DNA of 64,000 nt, from assembly GCA_903907995.1 (NCBI GenBank), contig CAIVQH010000008.1:7220-71219 (forward strand), written 5' to 3'. Below the pieces are notes generated by a model, which saw only the letters and a program-made list of their open reading frames with translations, was not told where the DNA came from and made no database searches. Source of the stretch: an uncultured Verrucomicrobiota bacterium (GTDB lineage Bacteria; Verrucomicrobiota; Verrucomicrobiia; Limisphaerales; UBA9464). Below, piece by piece: positions 39,067 through 48,228 of the stretch (position 1 is its first letter; the number at the start of each line of letters is the position of its first letter). Made by a program: the position numbers and the translations under genes.

Positions 39067-39867
39067 TCAAGGCTGGCTGGTGAGCTTGATAACAGTGCGG
39101 ACTTGGTTAGGTGCCGAGACTACTACTTCATCTTTTGCTATGGCAACAATCTTGTAGCTCACACCAGCCAAGGACAGGTTTTCATCCTGCCGTTTCCCTG
39201 AAAATGTCTTATTGTCAACCTCATAGCGAAGATCGGCAGCATATGCGAGGCCATCTTTGGAATAAGGCTTGTCCTTGACTAAGGTCACCCGTTCCGAGCC
39301 CTGCAGGAGCTCGATCACCACGTCGGTGGGATTGTCCTTCGGGCCGTGAACTTCACGCAGGGCGAAGAGGTCGCCTTTGCCACCCACATCCAGACTGACG
39401 GTCATCGGACGCCGCTTGGCGGCCTGCCGTTCGTAGTCACGCACGACGACAAACTGGTAGTGGAAAGGATCTTCCGTGCCGGAAACTGCGGTGAACGTGA
39501 TCGTCAGGCTGAGGGGCTTGGTGGCGGCCAGAACCAGGCCACGCACACCCTTCTGACCGTTGTCGGCGACCGGAAAGATGGAACCGTTGGCCTTCCGCAC
39601 CCAGGGAACCGGATTGAAGGTCTTATGGTCTCCGGCAAGCATGACGGTGACCGGTTTGGAAAGATGATCCAGTGCGGCGACACCGCCGGAAAGATCGACA
39701 TCCTTCACCGTTTTTTTGCCGCCGCCGGCCACTTTGCGATCCAGTTTTTGCTGCAGCTCCTCCTTCTCCTTGCCGGCGAGCGTGGTCAGATAGAGTGAAA
39801 CGCCGGCCACCACCAGCAGCACCACCCCGAGAATGATCTTCTCGTAATTTTTCTTTAGAAATTGCAT
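39067..39867 (-). CDS. bitopic beta-rich protein in the PilP position (Amuc_1099-like, tentative)
   Basis: N-terminal TM helix IILGVVLLVVAGVSLYLTTL, a short coiled coil, then a beta-rich periplasmic domain. It lies between the PilO-position gene and the secretin. Confidence 0.6.
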   Translation of the reverse strand: MQFLKKNYEKIILGVVLLVVAGVSLYLTTLAGKEKEELQQKLDRKVAGGGKKTVKDVDLSGGVAALDHLSKPVTVMLAGDHKTFNPVPWVRKANGSIFPVADNGQKGVRGLVLAATKPLSLTITFTAVSGTEDPFHYQFVVVRDYERQAAKRRPMTVSLDVGGKGDLFALREVHGPKDNPTDVVIELLQGSERVTLVKDKPYSKDGLAYAADLRYEVDNKTFSGKRQDENLSLAGVSYKIVAIAKDEVVVSAPNQVRTVIKLTSQP

Positions 39868-39870
39868 GCG

Positions 39871-40872
39871 TCAGCGATTGGGGTTGGGTCGGGGCGCATT
39901 GCTGGCCGGAGCGGGGGCCGAGGGCATCAATTTCACCACTTCGAGGCCGAGCGTGATTTTCAGCGGCTTTTCATCCAGCACCGTCTCACCGACCCGGACG
40001 GTGGGTTGCGCGACGGGGACGGGCTGCTGGGCTGGCGCGCCATAACGCCCCCCTGACAGACCGTAACGGCGGGCCAGCGCGGGATCCATCCCGCCAAAAC
40101 CTTGATTCACGGCCGCTGGCGCGGCCACTGGCGTGGGCGTTTCCAGCGCGGTTCCGCGTTCCACGTTGACCGTCTTGATGACGTAATTCTGGGGGGCGGC
40201 GATCAGGCCGGTCAACACCGCGCCGAGTTCGGAGCTGAAACACTGGAAGGAAACCTCGTAAGGGTAGATCACCACGCCCGCCACCGTGTTCGTGGTCACC
40301 TTTTTGGAGAGCAGGTCCGTACTGCCGGGGGCCTCGTTGCTGCCCACTCCGGGGCGTTTCAAGGACACCAGCGAGTGAATTTTCGCCTCGAACAGGATAT
40401 GGCAGACATCCCCCAGGTCCCGCAGTTCCGTGACCAGGGGTGACAACGCGTTCTGGGCCAGCTGCAACTTTTTACGCTGTTCCGAAAACGTGAAGTCGTA
40501 TTTGTCCGGGAGGCGCACGCCGGAACGTTCGGCCTCGTGCTCCAGAGAACCAATCGTCTGCTCCAGGACAGTCTTGAAGGAAGCGTTGTCCAGACTTTCA
40601 GGTTTGGTCTCCTCGCTGAACTTCACCTTGGCCTGCTGCTTGAAATCGGCCACCCGTTTCTGCTGGGCGCGGATTTTTTCGACGTTCTCGTTGCTGGGAA
40701 ACGGGTCGTGATTGACCAGCTCGTCCAGCTTCTGATTCATCGTCTCCAGCTCGGTGCTCGCGGAGTCCGCCTGCGACATGCTTCCGAGCAGGTAGAACAC
40801 CCCGACGCCCAGCAGCGCCACGGCAACCGCAAGCCCGACCACGAACAACAAATTGCGTTTGATCCAGGCCAT
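39871..40872 (-). CDS. bitopic coiled-coil pilus-system protein in the PilO position (Amuc_1100-like, tentative)
   Basis: TM helix LLFVVGLAVAVALLGVGVFYLL and a coiled coil. Then YPYEVSFQCFSSELGAVLTGLIAAPQNYVIKTVNVERG, a Pro/Ala-rich linker, and a terminal KPLKITLGLEVVKL. The layout matches my recollection of Akkermansia Amuc_1100. Confidence 0.6.
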   Translation of the reverse strand: MAWIKRNLLFVVGLAVAVALLGVGVFYLLGSMSQADSASTELETMNQKLDELVNHDPFPSNENVEKIRAQQKRVADFKQQAKVKFSEETKPESLDNASFKTVLEQTIGSLEHEAERSGVRLPDKYDFTFSEQRKKLQLAQNALSPLVTELRDLGDVCHILFEAKIHSLVSLKRPGVGSNEAPGSTDLLSKKVTTNTVAGVVIYPYEVSFQCFSSELGAVLTGLIAAPQNYVIKTVNVERGTALETPTPVAAPAAVNQGFGGMDPALARRYGLSGGRYGAPAQQPVPVAQPTVRVGETVLDEKPLKITLGLEVVKLMPSAPAPASNAPRPNPNR

Positions 40873-40873
40873 A

Positions 40874-42739
40874 TCAGAGTTTGATCGGGCGCTTCAACTT
40901 GAGATTGAGCGGAAAGGTGAACGTCGTGGCATTGGCATCGGCCCGGTCCATGTTGCCGGAAAGCGAGGTTTCGCGGGGATCAAACAGCGGGCTTTCCTTG
41001 ACCTGGCGCTCCAGCTCATAGATCAGATCGTTGTTGGCGGTCTCATTCAGGTTGACCGCGCGGAAAGTCACTTTGACGACGGAAAGCTCGTTCGTTGAGT
41101 TGCCGCCCTTTGGCTTCGGACCGCCACCATCAGCACCCGGCTGCCCGCCAGGACCACCGCCATCGGGGGCGCCCCGGGGAACGAGGCCGTAGCGCTTGGC
41201 CAGAATCGGGTCCAACATGTACAAGCTGCGCGCCGTCGGGGCGGAAGATTCCTCCTCCGCCACATTGACCGTCGGTTCCGTGGAAAGGAGGGTGTCTATC
41301 CAGACCCCGACCGGCACGCTGTCCTTGGTATGCACGGAATCTTCCGTCTGTTTCAGGATACGCCGCAGTTCGACGAGGATATCGGCCCACTGGGTGCGCT
41401 GCTGCAGCCAGTCACTCATTTGCGTCGCCTCTTCGAGCTCACGCTTCAGGCGGGCCTCTTCCGCTTCCAGCTTGGTCTTGGCCTGGTCAAAGGGATCAAC
41501 CTTCTGCTTGATCTGGCCCACCCCGTAGCTCCGGGCATCCGCCACCTTGGAGTAGTACCAACCGGTCGCGAAGACACCGGCGGTCAGCACAAAGGCGGCC
41601 GCCAGCAGATAGGGTTTTTTGGAGTTGAACTCCTGCCGGGACAGCGAGGCCTTGGGAATGAGGTTCAGCTCCACCGGGCACTGCACCACGTTGCGCAGGC
41701 CCAGCCCGACGACTTCACCGAAGCACTGCGCGTACTTTTCCAGCTCGGCCACGTCCACGGCCGGATCGATCTCGACATTGCGGAACGGGTTCAGGAAGTC
41801 CACCGGCAGGTTCAGCTTCTCCTGGAAGAACTGCGAGGCGTACGGCATGATCGAGCCGCCGCCGCACAGGAACACCCGGACCGGCGCCGAACCGCCCTGC
41901 TGGGTGCGATAAAACTGGATCGTCTGGTTGACCTGCAGGTGCAGGCGGGTGAGCACGTTCCGGGCAACCTTGGAAACGGCCGCCTGCTTCGGATCATCAG
42001 GCTCCTCGTAGGCGCCACCCAGGCTGACAAAGCCCTCGGCCAGCTTGAACTTCTCGGCGTCGTCGAAACGAAGCTTGGCCTCGGCGGCAAATTCCTGGGT
42101 GATGGCGTTGGCCCCCACGTTGACCGAGCGGGCGTAGTACTTGTTGGCCTCGAAGAGCAGCACGTTGCTGGTCTTCGCGCCGATGTCGATCAGCAGGCTG
42201 CAGCCCTCCTGATCGGCGTAATTGTAGCGGAACGAGTTGGCCAGCGCGCCGATCGAGGAATCCACGATCGACATCTTCAGCCCGGCAACCTCGCCGATGG
42301 AGAACAGCTTCTCCACCGTCTCCGACTTGATCGCGACGAGCAGCACTTCCAGCTCGCCGCCCGGGGCGGAACCGAGGATCTGGTAGTCCCACGCCGTCTC
42401 GGCCAGCGGGAAGGGCACGTTCTGCTGCGCCTCGTACTGGATGATCTGGGTGACCTTGGAGGTGTCAACCGGAGGTAGTTTGACGAACTTGGAGAAAACC
42501 TGGAAGCCGGGGGCCGTCAGGTTGCCTTCCTTCGCCAAGAACCCGCCTTCGGCGAGCAGCTCGGGCAGCGCCTTTTTCAGGGCGCCCTCGCGGGCGGCGT
42601 CCTGCGAACCGGCCAGGCCCAGCGGCTTCACGCCGAAGCGGAGCAGGCGCAGACCTTCCTGCGGGGTGACCGCAAACTCGGCGATTTTGAGGCTTCCCGC
42701 CCCAAAATCGATCCCAAGAAATGTCTTCGACTTCAGCAT
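40874..42739 (-). CDS. PilM-like actin-fold ATPase fused to a PilN-like TM/coiled-coil region (Amuc_1101-like)
   Basis: The N-terminus FLGIDFGAGSLKIAEF... and ...LLIDIGAKTSNVLLFE... are PilM/FtsA-like. Then the TM helix YLLAAAFVLTAGVFATGWYY and the coiled coil KTKLEAEEARLKRELEEATQMSDWLQQR. Confidence 0.85.
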   Translation of the reverse strand: MLKSKTFLGIDFGAGSLKIAEFAVTPQEGLRLLRFGVKPLGLAGSQDAAREGALKKALPELLAEGGFLAKEGNLTAPGFQVFSKFVKLPPVDTSKVTQIIQYEAQQNVPFPLAETAWDYQILGSAPGGELEVLLVAIKSETVEKLFSIGEVAGLKMSIVDSSIGALANSFRYNYADQEGCSLLIDIGAKTSNVLLFEANKYYARSVNVGANAITQEFAAEAKLRFDDAEKFKLAEGFVSLGGAYEEPDDPKQAAVSKVARNVLTRLHLQVNQTIQFYRTQQGGSAPVRVFLCGGGSIMPYASQFFQEKLNLPVDFLNPFRNVEIDPAVDVAELEKYAQCFGEVVGLGLRNVVQCPVELNLIPKASLSRQEFNSKKPYLLAAAFVLTAGVFATGWYYSKVADARSYGVGQIKQKVDPFDQAKTKLEAEEARLKRELEEATQMSDWLQQRTQWADILVELRRILKQTEDSVHTKDSVPVGVWIDTLLSTEPTVNVAEEESSAPTARSLYMLDPILAKRYGLVPRGAPDGGGPGGQPGADGGGPKPKGGNSTNELSVVKVTFRAVNLNETANNDLIYELERQVKESPLFDPRETSLSGNMDRADANATTFTFPLNLKLKRPIKL

Positions 42740-42870
42740 GGCAACACGCGTTTTTTACCGACTCGACCGAAAAAAAGTGCCCGCCACGGAGTGCCCGCAG
42801 GCAGGCGATCACGGCTAGGTCTCAGCGCTACGTAAAGAAGTGCGGAGGTTGGGTCAAACACAAAAACCCT

Positions 42871-42880
42871 TTCACGTGAA
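42871..42880. promoter_or_regulatory. perfect 10-bp palindrome in the AT-rich leader of the pilM operon (candidate operator)
   Basis: ttcacgtgaa at 42871-42880, followed by aaaagttcac (a further gttcac half-site). It lies 130-140 nt upstream of the 42739 start. Confidence 0.3.
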
Positions 42881-42923
42881 AAAAGTTCACAGTTGTTTAC
42901 GATGATTGCCATGGCGGGAACTT

Positions 42924-44195
42924 TTACAAATGTCTTCGCCACCAGAAAACGCGTTCACGGCCAACGCGGCCCGGAAACGAGCGCGGGCACCAGTGTTCGC
43001 GCAGCTCAAAATGCGGCTCAAAACGCCGCCGCAGTTCCGCCACCGTCACCCCGAACGGCGGGCCCGATTCGTCGCGCGGCTGCAGATAGTTGACGGCGAG
43101 ATAGTTCCCGCCGGGCTTCACCTGCCGCGCCGCGGCCGCCACGTAGCCGTCGCGCTGCTCCGGGGGGATCGCGCAGAAGAGCGTGTGCTCGAACAGCCAG
43201 TCCACCGGCGGCCCGGAGGCATCCGCCAAAAAGTCGGCGAGCCGGAAGGCCGCGTTCAATCCGGCCGGCGTGAGCGCCTGCGCCTCCTGCACCGCGCTGG
43301 GAGCCAGATCCACCCCCAGCACGTCGAAACCCGCCCGCGCCCATTCGCGGGCGTCGTGGCCGCGACCGCAGCCGGGCACCAGCACCCGGCCGCGTGGCAG
43401 GTCCGGATGTGCCCGGAGAAAATCGACGAGCGAAGGCGTGGGTTCCCCCTTGTCCCAGTGGGTGTCACGGGCCTGGTACAGCGCCTCCCAATCCGTCGGG
43501 CGCACCCAGTGGTCTCCGGCGGCCAGCAGCCGCTCCGGCGAGAGGTGATCCAGCGATTCCACGGCGAGCGCGGGTGAATGCTCCAGCAATTCGGGCAGGG
43601 AATTGCCGCCGGTGGCCACCGCCACGCAACGGGCCCCGATATGGTGGGCGCACTCGATATCCGCCGGCGTGTCGCCGACGACGAGGATCTCCTCCCCCGC
43701 CAGTCGCCGCCCGAGCAGCCGGCTGCCCCGGTCACGCGCGATCACGGCCAGCTGGTTGCGGCTCTCGTGATCGTCACCGAAGGCGCCGGTCACGAATTCC
43801 GCCGCCAACCCGTACGATTCCAGTTTCAGCGCGGCTCCGAGGCGCACATTGCCAGTGAGGAGCCCCAGCACCGGCGGCTCCGGCAGGGCCCGCAGGCCGG
43901 CCAGGAACTCCGTCACGCCGGGACAAAGTTCCCCCTTGTGCCGGTCCAGCTCCCACGCCAGCAGGAACACGTAGGCATCCAGAAAATGCCGCACATTCCA
44001 GGAGCGGTCCGGTATGTCGTTGATCCGCAGAAACTCCCGCACCAGCGAGGTGTCGGTGCGGCCATGGAAGCGGAGTTGTTCCGTGCCTCCGGGACGCTGG
44101 AACATCACCTCCGCCGCCCGCCCAAAAGCACGCACTCCGGCACCGCCCGTGCGTATGAGCGTCCCGTCAATGTCGAACAGCACCAGCCGCGTCAT
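42924..44195 (-). CDS. HAD-superfamily phosphatase fused to a TPMT-like SAM-dependent methyltransferase
   Basis: N-terminal LVLFDIDGTLIRT ... VVGDTPADIECAH (HAD motifs I and IV). C-terminal WEALYQARDTHWDKGEPTPSLVDFL...RVLVPGCGRGHDAREWARAGFDVLGVDLAPSAV. Confidence 0.8.
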   Translation of the reverse strand: MTRLVLFDIDGTLIRTGGAGVRAFGRAAEVMFQRPGGTEQLRFHGRTDTSLVREFLRINDIPDRSWNVRHFLDAYVFLLAWELDRHKGELCPGVTEFLAGLRALPEPPVLGLLTGNVRLGAALKLESYGLAAEFVTGAFGDDHESRNQLAVIARDRGSRLLGRRLAGEEILVVGDTPADIECAHHIGARCVAVATGGNSLPELLEHSPALAVESLDHLSPERLLAAGDHWVRPTDWEALYQARDTHWDKGEPTPSLVDFLRAHPDLPRGRVLVPGCGRGHDAREWARAGFDVLGVDLAPSAVQEAQALTPAGLNAAFRLADFLADASGPPVDWLFEHTLFCAIPPEQRDGYVAAAARQVKPGGNYLAVNYLQPRDESGPPFGVTVAELRRRFEPHFELREHWCPRSFPGRVGRERVFWWRRHL

Positions 44196-44308
44196 CTTCC
44201 GGCCAGTGTGAACGTTGGCAGGTTAGGAACCGAGTTTTTTTCGCGCGATTCCTAGTGGCAAAACCGCGGCGCTGGGTGTAGCTGTGGTCAGCCCGCGAAA
44301 TGTAAGAC

Positions 44309-45148
44309 ATGCCGTCCTGTCGTCAGAGCCTGCCGCCGCAATCCGGCCGCGCCTTCACTCTCATTGAGGCGCTTGTGGTCATCGCGATCATCGCCATCCT
44401 GGCGGGGCTGCTCCTTCCCGCCCTGGGCCGGGCCAAGCAGCAGGCGAAAACGGCCAACTGCCTCAGCAATCTCAAGCAGCTGCAGCTCGCCTATTACCTC
44501 TATCTCGGCGACCACAATGACCTGCTGCCGCCCAATGATTCGGTGCTGTTCGTGGATGGCAACGGGGATCCCATCCAGAGCGTCACCACGGGTGTCTCCT
44601 GGTGCCCGGGCGATGTGCGCAAGGACCCGACCACGACCAACATCCAGAACGGGGTCCTGTTCGTTTACAACCGTTCGGTCGCCATCTATCGCTGCCCGGC
44701 GGATCCCGGTCGCGTGGCGCTGACGAATGGCACCACCGTCCCGCGCACCCGCAGTTACAACCTCAGCATCTGGCTCAACTGCCAGGTCTCCGACGGCAGC
44801 GGGGCCTACGTGAAATACACCGAGGTCAACGATCCCGGCGTCTCGAACTGCCAGACCTTCGTGGATGTCCACGAAGACGACATCGCCGACGCCACGTTTG
44901 GTCTCTACCCGGCGGATTACCCTTCCACGTACAGCGACCACTGGCTCGACATCCCCGCCGACCGCCATCTGCAGGGGGGCAATCTGGCGTTCCTCGATGG
45001 CCACGTGGAACGCTTCCGCTGGCGGGCCCCCAAAAAGGGACTGCTGATCGGTGATGTCGCCGCACCCCCACTGGATTACGCCGATTTGCAACGGATGCAG
45101 GCAACCATCCCCACGTGGCAAACGATCATGGCCCGGCAGGGTTTCTGA
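44309..45148 (+). CDS. prepilin-type N-terminal domain protein with H-X9-DG motif (DUF1559 family)
   Basis: [46 protein letters not shown] and the C-terminal [14 protein letters not shown]. Confidence 0.9.
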   Translation: MPSCRQSLPPQSGRAFTLIEALVVIAIIAILAGLLLPALGRAKQQAKTANCLSNLKQLQLAYYLYLGDHNDLLPPNDSVLFVDGNGDPIQSVTTGVSWCPGDVRKDPTTTNIQNGVLFVYNRSVAIYRCPADPGRVALTNGTTVPRTRSYNLSIWLNCQVSDGSGAYVKYTEVNDPGVSNCQTFVDVHEDDIADATFGLYPADYPSTYSDHWLDIPADRHLQGGNLAFLDGHVERFRWRAPKKGLLIGDVAAPPLDYADLQRMQATIPTWQTIMARQGF

Positions 45149-45219
45149 GGCAGGCAATTGTCCGGTCGGGAAAGAATTGATCCGCGCAAAAGCCACCGGT
45201 AGTGGGGGAAACAGCCTCC

Positions 45220-45302
45220 CATGCTCATGCTCCCTCCTCATTCCGTCTTTTCTGAAAGTCGGTCTGAGCAAGAGCAAGAGTAAGAGCATAAGCATGAGCA
45301 TG
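45220..45302. repeat. hairpin with a hexamer-repeat arm
   Basis: catgctcatgct (45220-45231) is the reverse complement of agcatgagcatg (45291-45302). The right arm extends as tandem hexamers gagcaa gagcaa gagtaa gagcat aagcat gagcat (45266-45301). Confidence 0.8.
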
Positions 45303-45389
45303 ATTGGGAAGAACGGTGGAATGACCTCCGCTTAAACCGCTGTCGTTTGGCCGTTGTTCCCCTGCCCGGTCCGCCGCTAAGCTCGCGGC

Positions 45390-46538
45390 ATGTCCCGCCC
45401 GCCCCGTGCCACTTTCCGACTCCAGGAAGGCGGCCTCGTGCTTGTCATCCTCGTCTTGGGGGCGCTGCTGACCCTCTTTGGCGGCAGCGTGCGGCTGCCC
45501 CAGTTCGAAACCCTTCCCGATGGCACCCGGCAGCGTGTGTTCACGGTGGATGCCAATGGCGACAAAACTCCGGTGTTTGAGACGAAGAACAAGTTCCTGA
45601 ACACCCAAAACCTCGCCCAGCTCGCCAAGGACACGAGCTTCGTGGCCATCATGGCGGTGGGCATGACCTTTGTGATCATCGCCGGCCAGATCGACCTCTC
45701 CGTCGGGGCCATTTACGCACTCGCCAGTGTGCTGGGAGCGCTTGTGCTCCAACTGTTTGGACCGGAAGGCTCCCATGCCACTTCCCCCGTCGTCGGCGCC
45801 TGGCTGGGGGCGCTGACCTGCCTCGGTGTCGGCCTGCTCTGCGGTGCCTGGAATGGAGGCATGGTGGTGGGGCTGCGGGTGCATCCGTTCATCATCACGC
45901 TCGGCACTATGGCCATCTTTCGCGGCATCGCCTTCGTCACAACCAAGGGCCAGAGCATCGGCGGCTTCCCGGCGTCTTTTCGCGACCTGATCGCCCAACC
46001 CACCCTGCCCGGCAGCGGCGGGCAGGTGCCGCTCTCCGTCGGCGGCCTTTCTCTGGTGCCGCTGTTCGTAACGCTGCTGGTGACGGTCGTCGGTGCGGTT
46101 TACCTGACCCGGCTGGCAGCCGGTCGCCGGGTCTATGCCGTGGGCGGCAACGAGCTCGCCAGCCGCTTCAGTGGCATCCGGGTGGGGCGGGTGAAGCTCG
46201 GAGTGTTCCTGTGCTCCGGATTGGCGGCCGGATTGGCGGCGCTGATCTCCCTGGGCTATTACGGCGCGGCCACCAGTGGCGATGGCCAGGGCTACGAACT
46301 GAGCGTCATCGCCGCCGCCGTCGTGGGCGGGGCCAGCCTCACCGGCGGACGCGGCTCCGCGCTGGGCGCGCTGCTCGGGGCGCTGGTGATCCAGATGATC
46401 AGCAGCGGCATCGTGATCGTGGGCATCGACCAGAGCTATTCGCAGATCATCATCGGTGCGGTCGTCATTCTGGCAGTGCTCCTCGACCAGCTGAACGCCT
46501 GGCTGATGAAGCGGCGGCTGAAGCAGTCCCGAGCCTGA
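45390..46538 (+). CDS. ABC transporter permease (ribose/xylose RbsC-like family), no partner genes adjacent
   Basis: AIMAVGMTFVIIAGQIDLSVGAIYALASV, GGNELASRFSGIRVGRVKL, multiple TM helices. Confidence 0.85.
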   Translation: MSRPPRATFRLQEGGLVLVILVLGALLTLFGGSVRLPQFETLPDGTRQRVFTVDANGDKTPVFETKNKFLNTQNLAQLAKDTSFVAIMAVGMTFVIIAGQIDLSVGAIYALASVLGALVLQLFGPEGSHATSPVVGAWLGALTCLGVGLLCGAWNGGMVVGLRVHPFIITLGTMAIFRGIAFVTTKGQSIGGFPASFRDLIAQPTLPGSGGQVPLSVGGLSLVPLFVTLLVTVVGAVYLTRLAAGRRVYAVGGNELASRFSGIRVGRVKLGVFLCSGLAAGLAALISLGYYGAATSGDGQGYELSVIAAAVVGGASLTGGRGSALGALLGALVIQMISSGIVIVGIDQSYSQIIIGAVVILAVLLDQLNAWLMKRRLKQSRA

Positions 46539-46583
46539 TTCATCGGTCACCGCCCGCTGATGACGGGCGGCAATGAGGCCAAC

Positions 46584-47312
46584 TTACGGCACGAGCCAGA
46601 GGTTGGTTCTTACCCCCTCTGAAGTCAGGGCATCGCGCACGAAGTCCCGTAAACGTCCGCTGGTGACCTGCTGCACGCTGCCGTCTCCCAGCATGATATT
46701 GCCGGCCTGGTTGTGCATTTGGGCGGTGAAGCCGAGCGCGTATTTCCGGTCTGACGCGAACGGTGAGCCGGCCTCCGGCGTGACCACGAGCCGGCCCGGA
46801 GCGACCGGATTCGTACCGCAGCTCAGATTGCGGTCACCCATCCAGATGCTTTGGGGCTGTTCGTCCCTGGCTTCCGGGCCCAGGAAATAGCTCAGCTGGG
46901 AGTTGCTGGTAAGCTGGCTCCACGTCGGTGGCCGTGGATCACTCTTCCAGAAGCTTTTGACCGGAAGCCGCTCCTTGTCCTCAGGACACAGCAGTAGCTT
47001 CGGCGTTTCGACCCGGTTGGAAACCACCAGAAAATGGCGCCAGAGCCGGGTCTCATCGGCAAGCCACTCGCGGCTGCCGGAATTTGTGACCGACAAATCC
47101 GTCGGGTATTTGCCGCCGTGGTCGGTGGCAAAGGCCCGGAAGGCGAGCCCGATTTGCCTGAGATTGTTGACGCAGGCGATGCGCTCCGCCTTCGCCCTGG
47201 TCCCCGGATGGCGGTTGGGAAGCAGGCCGATCAGGATCACCACGAAGAAAACAACCACCAGCACCTCCACGAGCGTAAGGCCGCGTTGCATCGACGGTTG
47301 GGGCGATTTCAT
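46584..47312 (-). CDS. prepilin-like DUF1559/H-X9-DG paralog ending in NLWLVP
   Basis: MKSPQPSMQRGLTLVEVLVVVFFVVILIGLL, CVNNLRQIGLAF, HNQAGNIMLGDGSV, C-terminus TNLWLVP. The start was trimmed to the ATG at 47312 (the track ORF runs into the upstream gene). Confidence 0.85.
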   Translation of the reverse strand: MKSPQPSMQRGLTLVEVLVVVFFVVILIGLLPNRHPGTRAKAERIACVNNLRQIGLAFRAFATDHGGKYPTDLSVTNSGSREWLADETRLWRHFLVVSNRVETPKLLLCPEDKERLPVKSFWKSDPRPPTWSQLTSNSQLSYFLGPEARDEQPQSIWMGDRNLSCGTNPVAPGRLVVTPEAGSPFASDRKYALGFTAQMHNQAGNIMLGDGSVQQVTSGRLRDFVRDALTSEGVRTNLWLVP

Positions 47313-47388
47313 ACCGCAGGTGTGATCGCCGCGAGGCCGGGGCAACTTGCGAAACGTGGCGTCATATCCGGAAGCATTCACATCGAAA

Positions 47389-48117
47389 TCACGGCACGAG
47401 CCAGACGTTGGTGGCTCGCCCGGATTCGCCCAGGGAGATTTGCACCGAATCGCGCAGCCGCCCGCTCGTGACCTGCTGCACGCTGTCGTCACCCAGCAGG
47501 AGATTGCGTGCGCGGCGATGAACTTTGGCGGTGAAACCAAGTCCGACTTTGGCGTCTGAGTACGGAGCGACCGTCACGTTCGTCGTGATCAGCAGGCGGC
47601 CGGGAGGCACGGCCATGCCATCTGTGGTCAGATTGCGATCTCCGGCCAGAATGCTTTGCTGGTGGTCGCCCTGGCCATCCAGGTTCAGAAAATATCCCAG
47701 GTGGGAATTGTTCGTGAGCTGGCTCCAGGGCAGCGATGGCCGATCCGGACGAGGGCCGTCTTTCTGGAACACCAGGCGATCCTTGGCGGAAGGGCAAAGC
47801 AGCAAGGTCGCTGATCTGAGCTCATTCGAGAGGGCCAACCAGTGACGCCATACTTCCGAGCCGTCGGTCAGCCACTCACGCGTGCCCCCATTGGTGACGG
47901 ACAAATCCATGGTATTTTTCCCGCCATGGTCTTTGGCGAAGATTTGGAGTCCGATACCGATGTTCTTGAGGTTATTGACGCAGCTGATCCGTTTGCCCAT
48001 GTCCGAGCGGGGGAGAGCCGGAAAGAAGCAAATGGCCAGTACCACGACGGCCACGACCACGATCAGCACCTCCAACAACCTCAGTCCCCGCCGCATCGAT
48101 GGTGGGGAGGATCTCAT
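47389..48117 (-). CDS. prepilin-like paralog (tandem copy), H-X9-DG degenerated to H-X9-DD
   Basis: MRSSPPSMRRGLRLLEVLIVVVAVVVLAICFF, CVNNLKNIGIGL, HRRARNLLLGDDSV, C-terminus TNVWLVP. It has the same 242-aa length as its neighbour. Confidence 0.85.
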   Translation of the reverse strand: MRSSPPSMRRGLRLLEVLIVVVAVVVLAICFFPALPRSDMGKRISCVNNLKNIGIGLQIFAKDHGGKNTMDLSVTNGGTREWLTDGSEVWRHWLALSNELRSATLLLCPSAKDRLVFQKDGPRPDRPSLPWSQLTNNSHLGYFLNLDGQGDHQQSILAGDRNLTTDGMAVPPGRLLITTNVTVAPYSDAKVGLGFTAKVHRRARNLLLGDDSVQQVTSGRLRDSVQISLGESGRATNVWLVP

Positions 48118-48228
48118 ACCACGAGTTTAGCAGTCGCGATGCCACGGTGCCGAGCCGGAATCCGGCCGGTTTCGCGGCCGCCGACTTGCAGGCTTGTAAC
48201 GCCCGCCGCACCGGTTTAGCTCTTGCGC

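Noticed and set aside
44288-45301. 337-aa minus-strand ORF starting MLMLMLLLLLLL
   Set aside because: Its N-terminus is the translation of the GAGCAW hexamer array. The rest is antisense to the well-supported H-X9-DG prepilin-like gene.
46584-47540. N-terminal extensions of track ORFs (46584-47540, 24257-25018, 15421-16008, 8753-9202, 9326-10207, 24795-25790, 55691-57625)
   Set aside because: The extensions overlap neighbouring genes or lack protein-like composition. Internal ATGs give canonical family N-termini (a prepilin leader, the LeuD MSKF..., signal peptides), so the starts were trimmed.
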